Shown in pieces: positions 1 to 20,650 of a stretch of DNA of 64,000 nucleotides (positions are counted from its first letter, which is position 1; each line of letters begins with the position of its first letter). This DNA is from the human T2T-CHM13v2.0 reference genome, Homo sapiens, in the NCBI RefSeq assembly GCF_009914755.1, contig NC_060948.1. One strand, written 5' to 3'. Below the pieces are notes generated by a model, which ran no database searches, was not told where the DNA came from, and saw only the letters and a list, made by a program, of their open reading frames with translations. Position numbers and translations under genes: made by a program.

Positions 1-394
1 TATTTTTATACATATAACTAGATAAACATGTAATTCTACATATTTTCGTTTATAATATGTAGAATTATATAATCATATATAATTATTTATATTCTATAAA
101 AAATTTTATCATTATATAAATTATAATATATAAAAATTATAATATGTACTACAAATATATATATTATATATCATATATGCTATAGTACCTTTGTTATATA
201 TCATAATACATATAAATGTGTATTATGTTATCTATAATTATATAATTTCATATATAAGATGTATAATGTGTATCATATATTATATATGTTATGTAATATA
301 TATAGTATATATAAGATGACACAGGATAAATATTATATACTATGACATATAAAATATATGAGGTTATATGTTACATATAAGGCATAGCACATAA

Positions 395-709
<315 letters not shown>

Positions 710-1280
710 AGATCCATATTTTGTAAATGAAAAAAAATTTCAAAGGTACTCTGCTTGGTACAATAATCAAATGTATAAACTGAGGAATAAAACATAACCA
801 TGAAACCTACTTATAACTGCATATGGAAAATACAGAGGATAATTTTTTAAATAACATATTTTGAAAGCCTTAACTAGTAATTTGAAGAGTTGGCATTTGA
901 AAGGCCAGTATGAATATACCTTCAAAGCAGCAACACAGGTTCCCCATGAGAAAAAGCAAACACAGGGAAAATAAAAACACAAAGGTTCAATCTCTTCTGA
1001 CCTTTGAAAGACACAGCACAGACAGTGGTCCTTAGGACGAAGAGCAGGAGACCCCTAATTCCGTCACCATGGCGATAGGGCATAAACATTGCTGGGTGAG
1101 GGCACAATCCACATTGTGAGGTCCAACTGCTGCCAGGAAGACAGGAGTGCTTTTACATAGACCGAAAGGTCATTGAAGGCTCAGAGTTTTGTTTCAAGAA
1201 CTGAATCCCAAGCCCACACGTTATTAGGCTGCGCTTCTTAAAACAAGTTATGAGATGGGAAAAAGGGCACCCACAAACAT
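710..1280. repeat. HSATI-type subunit, copy 1
   Basis: ~570 bp mixed-composition segment between the Alu 5' end and the AT-rich tract; named from the known DYZ2 architecture, boundaries approximate. Confidence 0.8.
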
Positions 1281-3131
<1,851 letters not shown>

Positions 3132-3702
3132 AGATCCGTATTTTTTAAATGAAAAAAAATTTCAAAGGTACTCTGCTTGGTACAATAATCAAATGTATAA
3201 ACTGAGGAATAAAACATAACCATGAAACCTACTTATAACTGCATATGGAAAATACAGAGGATAATTTTTTAAATAACATATTTTGAAAGCCTTAACTAGT
3301 AATTTGAAGAGTTGGCATTTGAAAGGCCAGTATGAATATACCTTCAAAGCAGCAACACAGGTTCCCCATGAGAAAAAGCAAACACAGGGAAAATAAAAAC
3401 ACAAAGGTTCAATCTCTTCTGACCTTTGAAAGACACAGCACAGACAGTGGTCCTTAGGACGAAGAGCAGGAGACCCCTAATTCCGTCACCATGGCGATAG
3501 GGCATAAACATTGCTGGGTGAGGGCACAATCCACATTGTGAGGTCCAACTGCTGCCAGGAAGACAGGAGTGCTTTTACATAGACCGAAAGGTCATTGAAG
3601 GCTCAGAGTTTTGTTTCAAGAACTGAATCCCAAGCCCACACGTTATTAGGCTGCGCTTCTTAAAACAAGTTATGAGATGGGAAAAAGGGCACCCACAAAC
3701 AT
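3132..3702. repeat. HSATI-type subunit, copy 2
   Basis: Near-identical to 710-1280. Confidence 0.8.
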
Positions 3703-5234
3703 ACGTATACATTATGTATATAATAATATACAGTATCATATATATAATATATATAACCTATGTATAATATTGTTTTACATCCTGCATCTTATGTTATATA
3801 TATTGTATAAAATATAATAATTGATAATATATAAGTTTTATAATTATACAATATGACATATAGTATATATTATAATTTATGACATATATAATATATGTTA
3901 TATGTCATATATAGAATATATTATACGGTTAATATACGTATTAAATATAAATTATACATTATATATATTATATATAATATATCTGTTATATATAATACCC
4001 ATTATGCATAATATATATATTATGTCTATGTTATATATAGTATAAAACAACATATAATAATATATAATTGTATATATAAAATGCGACATATAATATATAT
4101 TATATTTTATAACATATGTAATATATATTATATATTATATATAATACGTTGTATGTATAATACCTATATTAAATATATATTATATGACTATGTTATTAAT
4201 TACATGTCACATGTGTTATATATTATATATTTTACATAGAATATACCGGTTACATACAATATATACTATGTTACCTATAATGTATAATTTATTACATGTA
4301 AAATAAAGAATGCAATATATTATGTAAAATTTATAATATACCATATGTGGAATGTGATATATATAACATATAATATATGATATATGATATACAGTATATG
4401 ATATATAACATACAATATATGATTCCTAATATATATGGTATACAATATATATTTTATGATATGTATTCTATATGTTTTATATTCTGTTATATATAACTAT
4501 TTGAAATTATATATAACTGTATAATATTTTATGTAAATATGTAATATAATATATATAACTATATAATATATTATATATAACTATATATTATGTTATATAT
4601 ACTTTTATAACATAATTTACATAAAATATCATAATATAATATATATTATATTATTTCATATTACATAATATATATTACATATCACCCAATATAACTAACA
4701 TACATAATATTATAATATAGATTATATTATGTTATATTAAATATCATATATATCATGTATCATATATTCTATAATATATATTACACATTATATAATATGT
4801 ATGTTGTCTATTATGTGATATATATAACTATATATAATTATATTTTTATACATATAACTAGATAAACATGTAATTCTACATATTTTCGTTTATAATATGT
4901 AGAATTATATAATCATATATAATTATTTATATTCTATAAAAAATTTTATCATTATATAAATTATAATATATAAAAATTATAATATGTACTACAAATATAT
5001 ATATTATATATCATATATGCTATAGTACCTTTGTTATATATCATAATACATATAAATGTGTATTATGTTATCTATAATTATATAATTTCATATATAAGTT
5101 GTATAATATGAATCATATATTATATATGTTATGTAATATATATAGTATATATAAGATGACACAGGATAAATATTATATACTATGAGATATAAAATATATG
5201 AGGTTATATGTTACATATAAGGCATAGCACATAA

Positions 5235-5549
<315 letters not shown>

Positions 5550-6120
5550 AGATCCATATTTTTTAAATGAAAAAAAATTTCAAAGGTACTCTGCTTGGTA
5601 CAATAATCAAATGTATAAACTGAGGAATAAAACATAACCATGAAACGTACTTATAACTGCATATGGAAAATACAGAGGATAATTTTTTAAATAACATATT
5701 TTGAAAGCCTTAACTAGTAATTTGAAGAGCTGGCATTTGAAAGGCCAGTATGAATATACCTTCAAAGCAGCAACACAGGTTCCCCATGAGAAAAAGCAAA
5801 CACAGGGAAAATAAAAACACAAAGGTTCAATCTCTTCTGACCTTTGAAAGACACAGCACAGACAGTGGTCCTTAGGACGAAGAGCAGGAGACCCCTAATT
5901 CCGTCACCATGGCGATAGGGCATAAACATTGCTGGGTGAGGGCACAATCCACATTGTGAGGTCCAACTGCTGCCAGGAAGACAGGAGTGCTTTTACATAG
6001 ACCGAAAGGTCATTGAAGGCTCAGAGTTTTGTTTCAAGAACTGAATCCCAAGCCCACACGTTATTAGGCTGCGCTTCTTTAAACAAGTTATGAGATGGGA
6101 AAAAGGGCACCCACAAACAT
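5550..6120. repeat. HSATI-type subunit, copy 3
   Basis: Near-identical to 710-1280. Confidence 0.8.
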
Positions 6121-7654
6121 ACGTATACATTATGTATATAATAATATACAGTATCATATATATAATATATATAACCTATGTATAATATTGTTTTACATCC
6201 TGCATCTTATGTTATATATATTGTATAAAATATAATAGTTGATAATATATAAGTTTTATAATTATACAATATGACATATAGTATATATTATAATTTATGA
6301 CATATATAATATATGTTATATGTCATATATAGAATATATTATACGGTTAATATACGTATTAAATATAAATTATACATTATATATATTATATATAATATAT
6401 CTGTTATATATAATACCCATTATGCATAATATATATATTATATCTATGTTATATATAGTATAAAACAACATATAATAATATATAATTGTATATATAAAAT
6501 GCGACATATAATATATATTATATTTTATAACATATGTAATATATATTATATATTATATATAATACGTTGTAAGTATAATACCTATATTAAATATATATTA
6601 TATGACTATGTTATTAATTACATGTCACATGTGTTATATATTATATATTTTACATAGAATATACCGGTTACATACAATATATACTATGTTACCTATAATG
6701 TATAATTTATTACATGTAAAATAAAGAATGCAATATATTATGTATAATTTATAATATACCATATGTGGAATGTGATATATATAACATATAATATATGATA
6801 TATGATATACAGTATATGATATATAACATACAATATATGATTCCTAATATATATGGTATACAATATATATTTTATGATATGTATTCTATATGTTTTATAT
6901 TCTGTTATATATAACTATTTGAAATTATATATAACTGTATAATATTTTATGTAAATATGTAATATAATATATATAACTATATAATATATTATATATAACT
7001 ATATATTATGTTATATATACTTTTATAACATAATTTACATAAAATATCATAATATAATATATATTATATTATTTCATATTACATAATATATATTACATAT
7101 CACCCAATATAACTAACATACATAATATTATAATATAGATTATATTGTGTTATATTAAATATCATATATATCATGTATCATATATTCTATAATATATATT
7201 ACACATTATATAATATGTATGTTGTCTATTATGTGATATATATAACTATATATATAATTATATTTTTATACATATAACTAGATAAACATGTAATTCTACA
7301 TATTTTCATTTATAATATGTAGAATTATATAATCATATATAATTATTTATATTCTATAAAAAATTTTATCATTATATAAATTATAATATATAAAAATTAT
7401 AATATGTACTACAAATATATATATTATATATCATATATGATATAGTACCTTTGTTATATATCATAATACATATACATGTGTATTATGTTATCTATAATTA
7501 TATAATTTCATATATAAGATGTATAATATGTATCATATATTATATAAGTTATGTAATATATATAGTATATATAAGATGACACAGGATAAATATTATATAC
7601 TATGACATATAAAATATATGAGGTTATATGTTACATATAAGGCATAGCACATAA

Positions 7655-7969
<315 letters not shown>

Positions 7970-8540
7970 AGATCCATATTTTTTAAATGAAAAAAAATTT
8001 CAAAGGTACTCTGCTTGGTACAATAATCAAATGTATAAACTGAGGAATAAAACATAACCATGAAACCTACTTATAACTGCATATGGAAAATACAGAAGAT
8101 AATTTTTTAAATAACATATTTTGAAAGCCTTAACTAGTAATTTGAAGAGTTGGCATTTGAAAGGCCAGTATGAATATACCTTCAAAGCAGCAACACAGGT
8201 TCCCCATGAGAAAAAGCAAACACAGGGAAAATTAAAACACAAAGGTTCAATCTCTTCTGACCTTTGAAAGACACAGCACAGACAGTGGTCCTTTGGAGGA
8301 AGAGCACGAGACCCCTAATTCCGTCACCATGGCGATAGGGCATAAACATTGCTGGGTGAGGGCACAATCCACATTGTGAGGTCCAACTGCTGCCAGGAAG
8401 ACAGGAGTGCTTTTACATAGACCGAAAGGTCATTGAAGGCTCAGAGTTTTGTTTCAAGAACTGAATCCCAAGCCCACACGTTATTAGGCTGCGCTTCTTA
8501 AAACAAGTTATGAGATGGGAAAAAGGGCACCCACAAACAT
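7970..8540. repeat. HSATI-type subunit, copy 4 (most divergent)
   Basis: Five private substitutions at 8097, 8233, 8294, 8298, 8307. Confidence 0.8.
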
Positions 8541-10076
8541 ACGTATACATTATGTATATAATAATATACAGTATCATATATATAATATATATAACCTATG
8601 TATAATACTGTTTTACATCCTGCATCTTATGTTATATATATTGTATAAAATATAATAATTGATAATATATAAGTTTTATAATTATACAATATGACATATA
8701 GTATATATTATAATTTATGACATATATAATATATGTTATATGTCATATATAGAATATATTATACGGTTAATATACGTATTAAATATAAATTATACATTAT
8801 ATATATTATATACAATATATCTGTTATATATAATACCCATTATGCATAATATATATATTATGTCTATGTTATATATAGTATAAAACAACATATAATAATA
8901 TATAATTGTATATATAAAATGCGACATATAATATATATTATATTTTATAACATATGTAATATATATTATATATTATATATAATACGTTGTATGTATAATA
9001 CCTATATTAAATATATATTATATGACTATGTTATTAATTACATGTCACATGTGTTATATATTATATATTTTACATAGAATATACCGGTTACGTACAATAT
9101 ATACTATGTTACCTATAATGTATAATTTATTACATGTAAAATAAAGAATGCAATATATTATGTATAATTTATAATATACAATATGTGGAATGTGACATAT
9201 GTAACATATAATATATGATATATGATATACAGTATATGATATATAACATACAATATATGATTCCTAATATATATGGTATACAATATATATTTTATGATAT
9301 GTATTCTATATGTTTTATATTCTGTTATATATAACTATTTGAAATTATATATAACTGTATAATATTTTATGTAAATATGTAATATAATATATATAACTAT
9401 ATAATATATTATATATAACTATATATTATGTTATATATACTTTTATAACATAATTTACATAAAATATCATAATATAATATATATTATATTATTTCATATT
9501 ACATAATATATATTACATATCACCCAATATAACTAACATACATAATATTATAATATAGATTATATTATGTTATATTAAATATCATATATATCATGTATCA
9601 TATATTCTATAATATATATTACACATTATATAATATGTATGTTGTCTATTATGTGATATATATAACTCAATATATAATTATATTTTTATACATATAACTA
9701 GATAAACATGTAATTCTACATATTTTCATTTATAATATGTAGAATTATATAATCATATATAATTATTTATATTCTATAAAAAATTTTATCATTATATAAA
9801 TTATAATATATAAAAATTATAATATGTACTACAAATATATATATATTATATATCATATATGATATAGTACCTTTGTTATATATCATAATACATATAAATG
9901 TGTATTATGTTATCTATAATTATATAATTTCATATATAAGATGTATAATATGTATCATATATTATATATGTTATGTAATATATATAGTATATATAAGATG
10001 ACACAGGATAAATATTATATACTATGACATATAAAATATATGAGGTTATATGTTACATATAAGGCATAGCACATAA

Positions 10077-10391
<315 letters not shown>

Positions 10392-10962
10392 AGATCCATA
10401 TTTTGTAAATGAAAAAAAATTTCAAAGGTACTCTGCTTGGTACAATAATCAAATGTATAAACTGAGGAATAAAACATAACCATGAAACCTACTTATAACT
10501 GCATATGGAAAATACAGAGGATAATTTTTTAAATAACATATTTTGAAAGCCTTAACTAGTAATTTGAAGAGTTGGCATTTGAAAGGCCAGTATGAATAAA
10601 CCTTCAAAGCAGCAACACAGGTTCCCCATGAGAAAAAGCAAACACAGGGAAAATAAAAACACAAAGGTTCAATCTCTTCTGACCTTTGAAAGACACAGCA
10701 CAGACAGTGGTCCTTAGGACGAAGAGCAGGAGACCCCTAATTCCGTCACCATGGCGATAGGGCATAAACATTGCTGGGTGAGGGCACAATCCACATTGTG
10801 AGGTCCAACTGCTGCCAGGAAGACAGGAGTGCTTTTACATAGACCGAAAGGTCATTGAAGGCTCAGAGTTTTGTTTCAAGAACTGAATCCCAAGCCCACA
10901 CGTTATTAGGCTGCGCTTCTTAAAACAAGTTATGAGATGGGAAAAAGGGCACCCACAAACAT
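10392..10962. repeat. HSATI-type subunit, copy 5
   Basis: Near-identical to 710-1280. Confidence 0.8.
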
Positions 10963-12498
10963 ACGTATACATTATGTATATAATAATATACTGTATCATA
11001 TATATAATATATATAACCTATGTATAATATTGTTTTACATCCTGCATCTTATGTTATATATATTGTATAAAATATAATAATTGATAATATATAAGTTTTA
11101 TAATTATACAATATGACATATAGTATATATTATAATTTATGACATATATAATATATGTTATATATCATATATAGAATATATTATACGGTTAATATACGTA
11201 TTAAATATAAATTATACCTTATATATATTATATATAATATATCTGTTATATATAATACCCATTATGCATAATATATATATTATGTCTATGTTATATATAG
11301 TATAAAACAACATATTATAATATATAATTGTATATATAAAATGCGACATATAATATATATTATATTTTATAACATATGTAATATATATTATATATTATAT
11401 ATAATACGTTGTATGTATAATACCTATATTAAATATATATTATATGACTATGTTATTAATTACATGTCACATGTGTTATATATTATATATTTTACATAGA
11501 ATATACCGGTTACATACAATATATACTATGTTACCTATAATGTATAATTTATTACATGTAAAATAAAGAATGCAATATATTATGTATAATTTATAATATA
11601 CAATATGTGGAATGTGACATATGTAACATATAATATATGATATATGATATACAGTATATGATATATAACATACAATATATGATTCCTAATATATATGGTA
11701 TACAATATATATTTTATGATATGTATTCTATATGTTTTATATTCTGTTATATATAACTATTTGAAATTATATATAACTGTATAATATTTTATGTAAATAT
11801 GTAATATAATATATATAACTATATAATATATTATATATAACTATATATTATGTTATATATACTTTTATAACATAATTTACATAAAATATCATAATATAAT
11901 ATATATTATATTATTTCATATTACATAATATATATTACATATCACCCAATATAACTAACATACATAATATTATAATATAGATTATATTATGTTATATTAA
12001 ATATCATATATATCATGTATCATATATTCTATAATATATATTACACATTATATAATATGTATGTTGTCTATTATGTGATATATATAACTCAATATATAAT
12101 TATATTTTTATACATATAACTAGATAAACATGTAATTCTACATATTTTCATTTATAATATGTAGAATTATATAATCATATATAATTATTTATATTCTATA
12201 AAAAATTTTATCATTATATAAATTATAATATATAAAAATTATAATATGTACTACAAATATATATATATTATATATCATATATGATATAGTACCTTTGTTA
12301 TATATCATAATACATATAAATGTGTATTATGTTATCTATAATTATATAATTTCATATATAAGATGTATAATATGTATCATATATTATATATGTTATGTAA
12401 TATATATAGTATATATAAGATGACACAGGATAAATATTATATACTATGACATATAAAATATATGAGGTTATATGTTACATATAAGGCATAGCACATAA

Positions 12499-12813
<315 letters not shown>

Positions 12814-13384
12814 AGATCCATATTTTGTAAATGAAAAAAAATTTCAAAGTTACTCTGCTTGGTACAATAATCAAATGTATAAACTGAGGAATAAAACATA
12901 ACCATGAAACCTACTTATAACTGCATATGGAAAATACAGAGGATAATTTTTTAAATAACATATTTTGAAAGCCTTAACTAGTAATTTGAAGAGTTGGCAT
13001 TTGAAAGGCCAGTATGAATAAACCTTCAAAGCAGCAACACAGGTTCCCCATGAGAAAAAGCAAACACAGGGAAAATAAAAACACAAAGGTTCAATCTCTT
13101 CTGACCTTTGAAAGACACAGCACAGACAGTGGTCCTTAGGACGAAGAGCAGGAGACCCCTAATTCCGTCACCATGGCGATAGGGCATAAACATTGCTGGG
13201 TGAGGGCACAATCCACATTGTGAGGTCCAACTGCTGCCAGGAAGACAGGAGTGCTTTTACATAGACCGAAAGGTCATTGAAGGCTCAGAGTTTTGTTTCA
13301 AGAACTGAATCCCAAGCCCACACGTTATTAGGCTGCGCTTCTTAAAACAAGTTATGAGATGGGAAAAAGGGCACCCACAAACAT
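12814..13384. repeat. HSATI-type subunit, copy 6
   Basis: Near-identical to 710-1280. Confidence 0.8.
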
Positions 13385-14920
13385 ACGTATACATTATGTA
13401 TATAATAATATACTGTATCATATATATAATATATATAACCTATGTATAATATTGTTTTACATCCTGCATCTTATGTTATATATATTGTATAAAATATAAT
13501 AATTGATAATATATAAGTTTTATAATTATACAATATGACATATAGTATATATTATAATTTATGACATATATAATATATGTTATATATCATATATAGAATA
13601 TATTATACGGTTAATATACGTATTAAATATAAATTATACCTTATATATATTATATATAATATATCTGTTATATATAATACCCATTATGCATAATATATAT
13701 ATTATGTCTATGTTATATATAGTATAAAACAACATATTATAATATATAATTGTATATATAAAATGCGACATATAATATATATTATATTTTATAACATATG
13801 TAATATATATTATATATTATATATAATACGTTGTATGTATAATACCTATATTAAATATATATTATATGACTATGTTATTAATTACATGTCACATGTGTTA
13901 TATATTATATATTTTACATAGAATATACCGGTTACATACAATATATACTATGTTACCTATAATGTATAATTTATTACATGTAAAATAAAGAATGCAATAT
14001 ATTATGTATAATTTATAATATACAATATGTGGAATGTGACATATGTAACATATAATATATGATATATGATATACAGTATATGATATATAACATACAATAT
14101 ATGATTCCTAATATATATGGTATACAATATATATTTTATGATATGTATTCTATATGTTTTATATTCTGTTATATATAACTATTTGAAATTATATATAACT
14201 GTATAATATTTTATGTAAATATGTAATATAATATATATAACTATATAATATATTATATATAACTATATATTATGTTATATATACTTTTATAACATAATTT
14301 ACATAAAATATCATAATATAATATATATTATATTATTTCATATTACATAATATATATTACATATCACCCAATATAACTAACATACATAATATTATAATAT
14401 AGATTATATTATGTTATATTAAATATCATATATATCATGTATCATATATTCTATAATATATATTACACATTATATAATATGTATGTTGTCTATTATGTGA
14501 TATATATAACTCAATATATAATTATATTTTTATACATATAACTAGATAAACATGTAATTCTACATATTTTCATTTATAATATGTAGAATTATATAATCAT
14601 ATATAATTATTTATATTCTATAAAAAATTTTATCATTATATAAATTATAATATATAAAAATTATAATATGTACTACAAATATATATATATTATATATCAT
14701 ATATGATATAGTACCTTTGTTATATATCATAATACATATAAATGTGTATTATGTTATCTATAATTATATAATTTCATATATAAGATGTATAATATGTATC
14801 ATATATTATATATGTTATGTAATATATATAGTATATATAAGATGACACAGGATAAATATTATATACTATGACATATAAAATATATGAGGTTATATGTTAC
14901 ATATAAGGCATAGCACATAA

Positions 14921-15235
<315 letters not shown>

Positions 15236-15806
15236 AGATCCATATTTTGTAAATGAAAAAAAATTTCAAAGGTACTCTGCTTGGTACAATAATCAAATGT
15301 ATAAACTGAGGAATAAAACATAACCATGAAACCTACTTATAACTGCATATGGAAAATACAGAGGATAATTTTTTAAATAACATATTTTGAAAGCCTTAAC
15401 TAGTAATTTGAAGAGTTGGCATTTGAAAGGCCAGTATGAATAAACCTTCAAAGCAGCAACACAGGTTCCCCATGAGAAAAAGCAAACACAGGGAAAATAA
15501 AAACACAAAGGTTCAATCTCTTCTGACCTTTGAAAGACACAGCACAGACAGTGGTCCTTAGGACGAAGAGCAGGAGACCCCTAATTCCGTCACCATGGCG
15601 ATAGGGCATAAACATTGCTGGGTGAGGGCACAATCCACATTGTGAGGTCCAACTGCTGCCAGGAAGACAGGAGGGCTTTTACATAGACCGAAAGGTCATT
15701 GAAGGCTCAGAGTTTTGTTTCAAGAACTGAATCCCAAGCCCACACGTTATTAGGCTGCGCTTCTTAAAACAAGTTATGAGATGGGAAAAAGGGCACCCAC
15801 AAACAT
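15236..15806. repeat. HSATI-type subunit, copy 7
   Basis: Near-identical to 710-1280. Confidence 0.8.
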
Positions 15807-17342
15807 ACGTATACATTATGTATATAATAATATACTGTATCATATATATAATATATATCACCTATGTATAATATTGTTTTACATCCTGCATCTTATGTTA
15901 TATATATTGTATAAAATATAATAATTGATAATATATAAGTTTTATAATTATACAATATGACATATAGTATATATTATAATTTATGACATATATAATATAT
16001 GTTATATATCATATATAGAATATATTATACGGTTAATATACGTATTAAATATAAATTATACCTTATATATATTATATATAATATATCTGTTATATATAAT
16101 ACCCATTATGCATAATATATATATTATGTCTATGTTATATATAGTATAAAACAACATATTATAATATATAATTGTATATATAAAATGCGACATATAATAT
16201 ATATTATATTTTATAACATATGTAATATATATTATATATTATATATAATACGTTGTATGTATAATACCTATATTAAATATATATTATATGACTATGTTAT
16301 TAATTACATGTCACATGTGTTATATATTATATATTTTACATAGAATATACCGGTTACATACAATATATACTATGTTACCTATAATGTATAATTTATTACA
16401 TGTAAAATAAAGAATGCAATATATTATGTATAATTTATAATATACAATATGTGGAATGTGACATATGTAACATATAATATATGATATATGATATACAGTA
16501 TATGATATATAACATACAATATATGATTCCTAATATATATGGTATACAATATATATTTTATGATATGTATTCTATATGTTTTATATTCTGTTATATATAA
16601 CTATTTGAAATTATATATAACTGTATAATATTTTATGTAAATATGTAATATAATATATATAACTATATAATATATTATATATAACTATATATTATGTTAT
16701 ATATACTTTTATAACATAATTTACATAAAATATCATAATATAATATATATTATATTATTTCATATTACATAATATATATTACATATCACCCAATATAACT
16801 AACATACATAATATTATAATATAGATTATATTATGTTATATTAAATATCATATATATCATGTATCATATATTCTATAATATATATTACACATTATATAAT
16901 ATGTATGTTGTCTATTATGTGATATATATAACTCAATATATAATTATATTTTTATACATATAACTAGATAAACATGTAATTCTACATATTTTCATTTATA
17001 ATATGTAGAATTATATAATCATATATAATTATTTATATTCTATAAAAAATTTTATCATTATATAAATTATAATATATAAAAATTATAATATGTACTGCAA
17101 ATATATATATATTATATATCATATATGATATAGTACCTTTGTTATATATCATAATACATATAAATGTGTATTATGTTATCTATAATTATATAATTTCATA
17201 TATAAGATGTATAATATGTATCATATATTATATATGTTATGTAATATATATAGTATATATAAGATGACACAGGATAAATATTATATACTATGACATATAA
17301 AATATATGAGGTTATATGTTACATATAAGGCATAGCACATAA

Positions 17343-17657
<315 letters not shown>

Positions 17658-18228
17658 AGATCCATATTTTGTAAATGAAAAAAAATTTCAAAGGTACTCT
17701 GCTTGGTACAATAATCAAATGTATAAACTGAGGAATAAAACATAACCATGAAACCTACTTATAACTGCATATGGAAAATACAGAGGATAATTTTTTAAAT
17801 AACATATTTTGAAAGCCTTAACTAGTAATTTGAAGAGTTGGCATTTGAAAGGCCAGTATGAATAAACCTTCAAAGCAGCAACACAGGTTCCCCATGAGAA
17901 AAAGCAAACACAGGGAAAATAAAAACACAAAGGTTCAATCTCTTCTGACCTTTGAAAGACACAGCACAGACAGTGGTCCTTAGGACGAAGAGCAGGAGAC
18001 CCCTAATTCCGTCACCATGGCGATAGGGCATAAACATTGCTGGGTGAGGGCACAATCCACATTGTGAGGTCCAACTGCTGCCAGGAAGACAGGAGTGCTT
18101 TTACATAGACCGAAAGGTCATTGAAGGCTCAGAGTTTTGTTTCAAGAACTGAATCCCAAGCCCACACGTTATTAGGCTGCGCTTCTTAAAACAAGTTATG
18201 AGATGGGAAAAAGGGCACCCACAAACAT
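17658..18228. repeat. HSATI-type subunit, copy 8
   Basis: Near-identical to 710-1280. Confidence 0.8.
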
Positions 18229-19764
18229 ACGTATACATTATGTATATAATAATATACTGTATCATATATATAATATATATAACCTATGTATAATATTGTT
18301 TTACATCCTGCATCTTATGTTATATATATTGTATAAAATATAATAATTGATAATATATAAGTTTTATAATTATACAATATGACATATAGTATATATTATA
18401 ATTTATGACATATATAATATATGTTATATATCATATATAGAATATATTATACGGTTAATATACGTATTAAATATAAATTATACCTTATATATATTATATA
18501 TAATATATCTGTTATATATAATACCCATTATGCATAATATATATATTATGTCTATGTTATATATAGTATAAAACAACATATTATAATATATAATTGTATA
18601 TATAAAATGCGACATATAATATATATTATATTTTATAACATATGTAATATATATTATATATTATATATAATACGTTGTATGTATAATACCTATATTAAAT
18701 ATATATTATATGACTATGTTATTAATTACATGTCACATGTGTTATATATTATATATTTTACATAGAATATACCGGTTACATACAATATATACTATGTTAC
18801 CTATAATGTATAATTTATTACATGTAAAATAAAGAATGCAATATATTATGTATAATTTATAATATACAATATGTGGAATGTGACATATGTAACATATAAT
18901 ATATGATATATGATATACAGTATATGATATATAACATACAATATATGATTCCTAATATATATGGTATACAATATATATTTTATGATATGTATTCTATATG
19001 TTTTATATTCTGTTATATATAACTATTTGAAATTATATATAACTGTATAATATTTTATGTAAATATGTAATATAATATATATAACTATATAATATATTAT
19101 ATATAACTATATATTATGTTATATATACTTTTATAACATAATTTACATAAAATATCATAATATAATATATATTATATTATTTCATATTACATAATATATA
19201 TTACATATCACCCAATATAACTAACATACATAATATTATAATATAGATTATATTATGTTATATTAAATATCATATATATCATGTATCATATATTCTATAA
19301 TATATATTACACATTATATAATATGTATGTTGTCTATTATGTGATATATATAACTCAATATATAATTATATTTTTATACATATAACTAGATAAACATGTA
19401 ATTCTACATATTTTCATTTATAATATGTAGAATTATATAATCATATATAATTATTTATATTCTATAAAAAATTTTATCATTATATAAATTATAATATATA
19501 AAAATTATAATATGTACTACAAATATATATATATTATATATCATATATGATATAGTACCTTTGTTATATATCATAATACATATAAATGTGTATTATGTTA
19601 TCTATAATTATATAATTTCATATATAAGATGTATAATATGTATCATATATTATATATGTTATGTAATATATATAGTATATATAAGATGACACAGGATAAA
19701 TATTATATACTATGACATATAAAATATATGAGGTTATATGTTACATATAAGGCATAGCACATAA

Positions 19765-20079
<315 letters not shown>

Positions 20080-20650
20080 AGATCCATATTTTGTAAATGA
20101 AAAAAAATTTCAAAGTTACTCTGCTTGGTACAATAATCAAATGTATAAACTGAGGAATAAAACATAACCATGAAACCTACTTATAACTGCATATGGAAAA
20201 TACAGAGGATAATTTTTTAAATAACATATTTTGAAAGCCTTAACTAGTAATTTGAAGAGTTGGCATTTGAAAGGCCAGTATGAATAAACCTTCAAAGCAG
20301 CAACACAGGTTCCCCATGAGAAAAAGCAAACACAGGGAAAATAAAAACACAAAGGTTCAATCTCTTCTGACCTTTGAAAGACACAGCACAGACAATGGTC
20401 CTTAGGACGAAGAGCAGGAGACCCCTAATTCCGTCACCATGGCGATAGGGCATAAACATTGCTGGGTGAGGGCACAATCCACATTGTGAGGTCCAACTGC
20501 TGCCAGGAAGACAGGAGTGCTTTTACATAGACCGAAAGGTCATTGAAGGCTCAGAGTTTTGTTTCAAGAACTGAATCCCAAGCCCACACGTTATTAGGCT
20601 GCGCTTCTTAAAACAAGTTATGAGATGGGAAAAAGGGCACCCACAAACAT
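20080..20650. repeat. HSATI-type subunit, copy 9
   Basis: Near-identical to 710-1280. Confidence 0.8.

Noticed and set aside
767-1107. Overlapping 71 aa and 61 aa minus-strand ORFs repeated 27/26 times
   Set aside because: Short, no recognisable domain, lie in satellite sequence; conservation only reflects near-identical DNA, and the variants seen often change amino acids.
15679-15861. Single 60 aa minus-strand ORF in unit 7
   Set aside because: Created by one private substitution near 15859 in AT-rich sequence.
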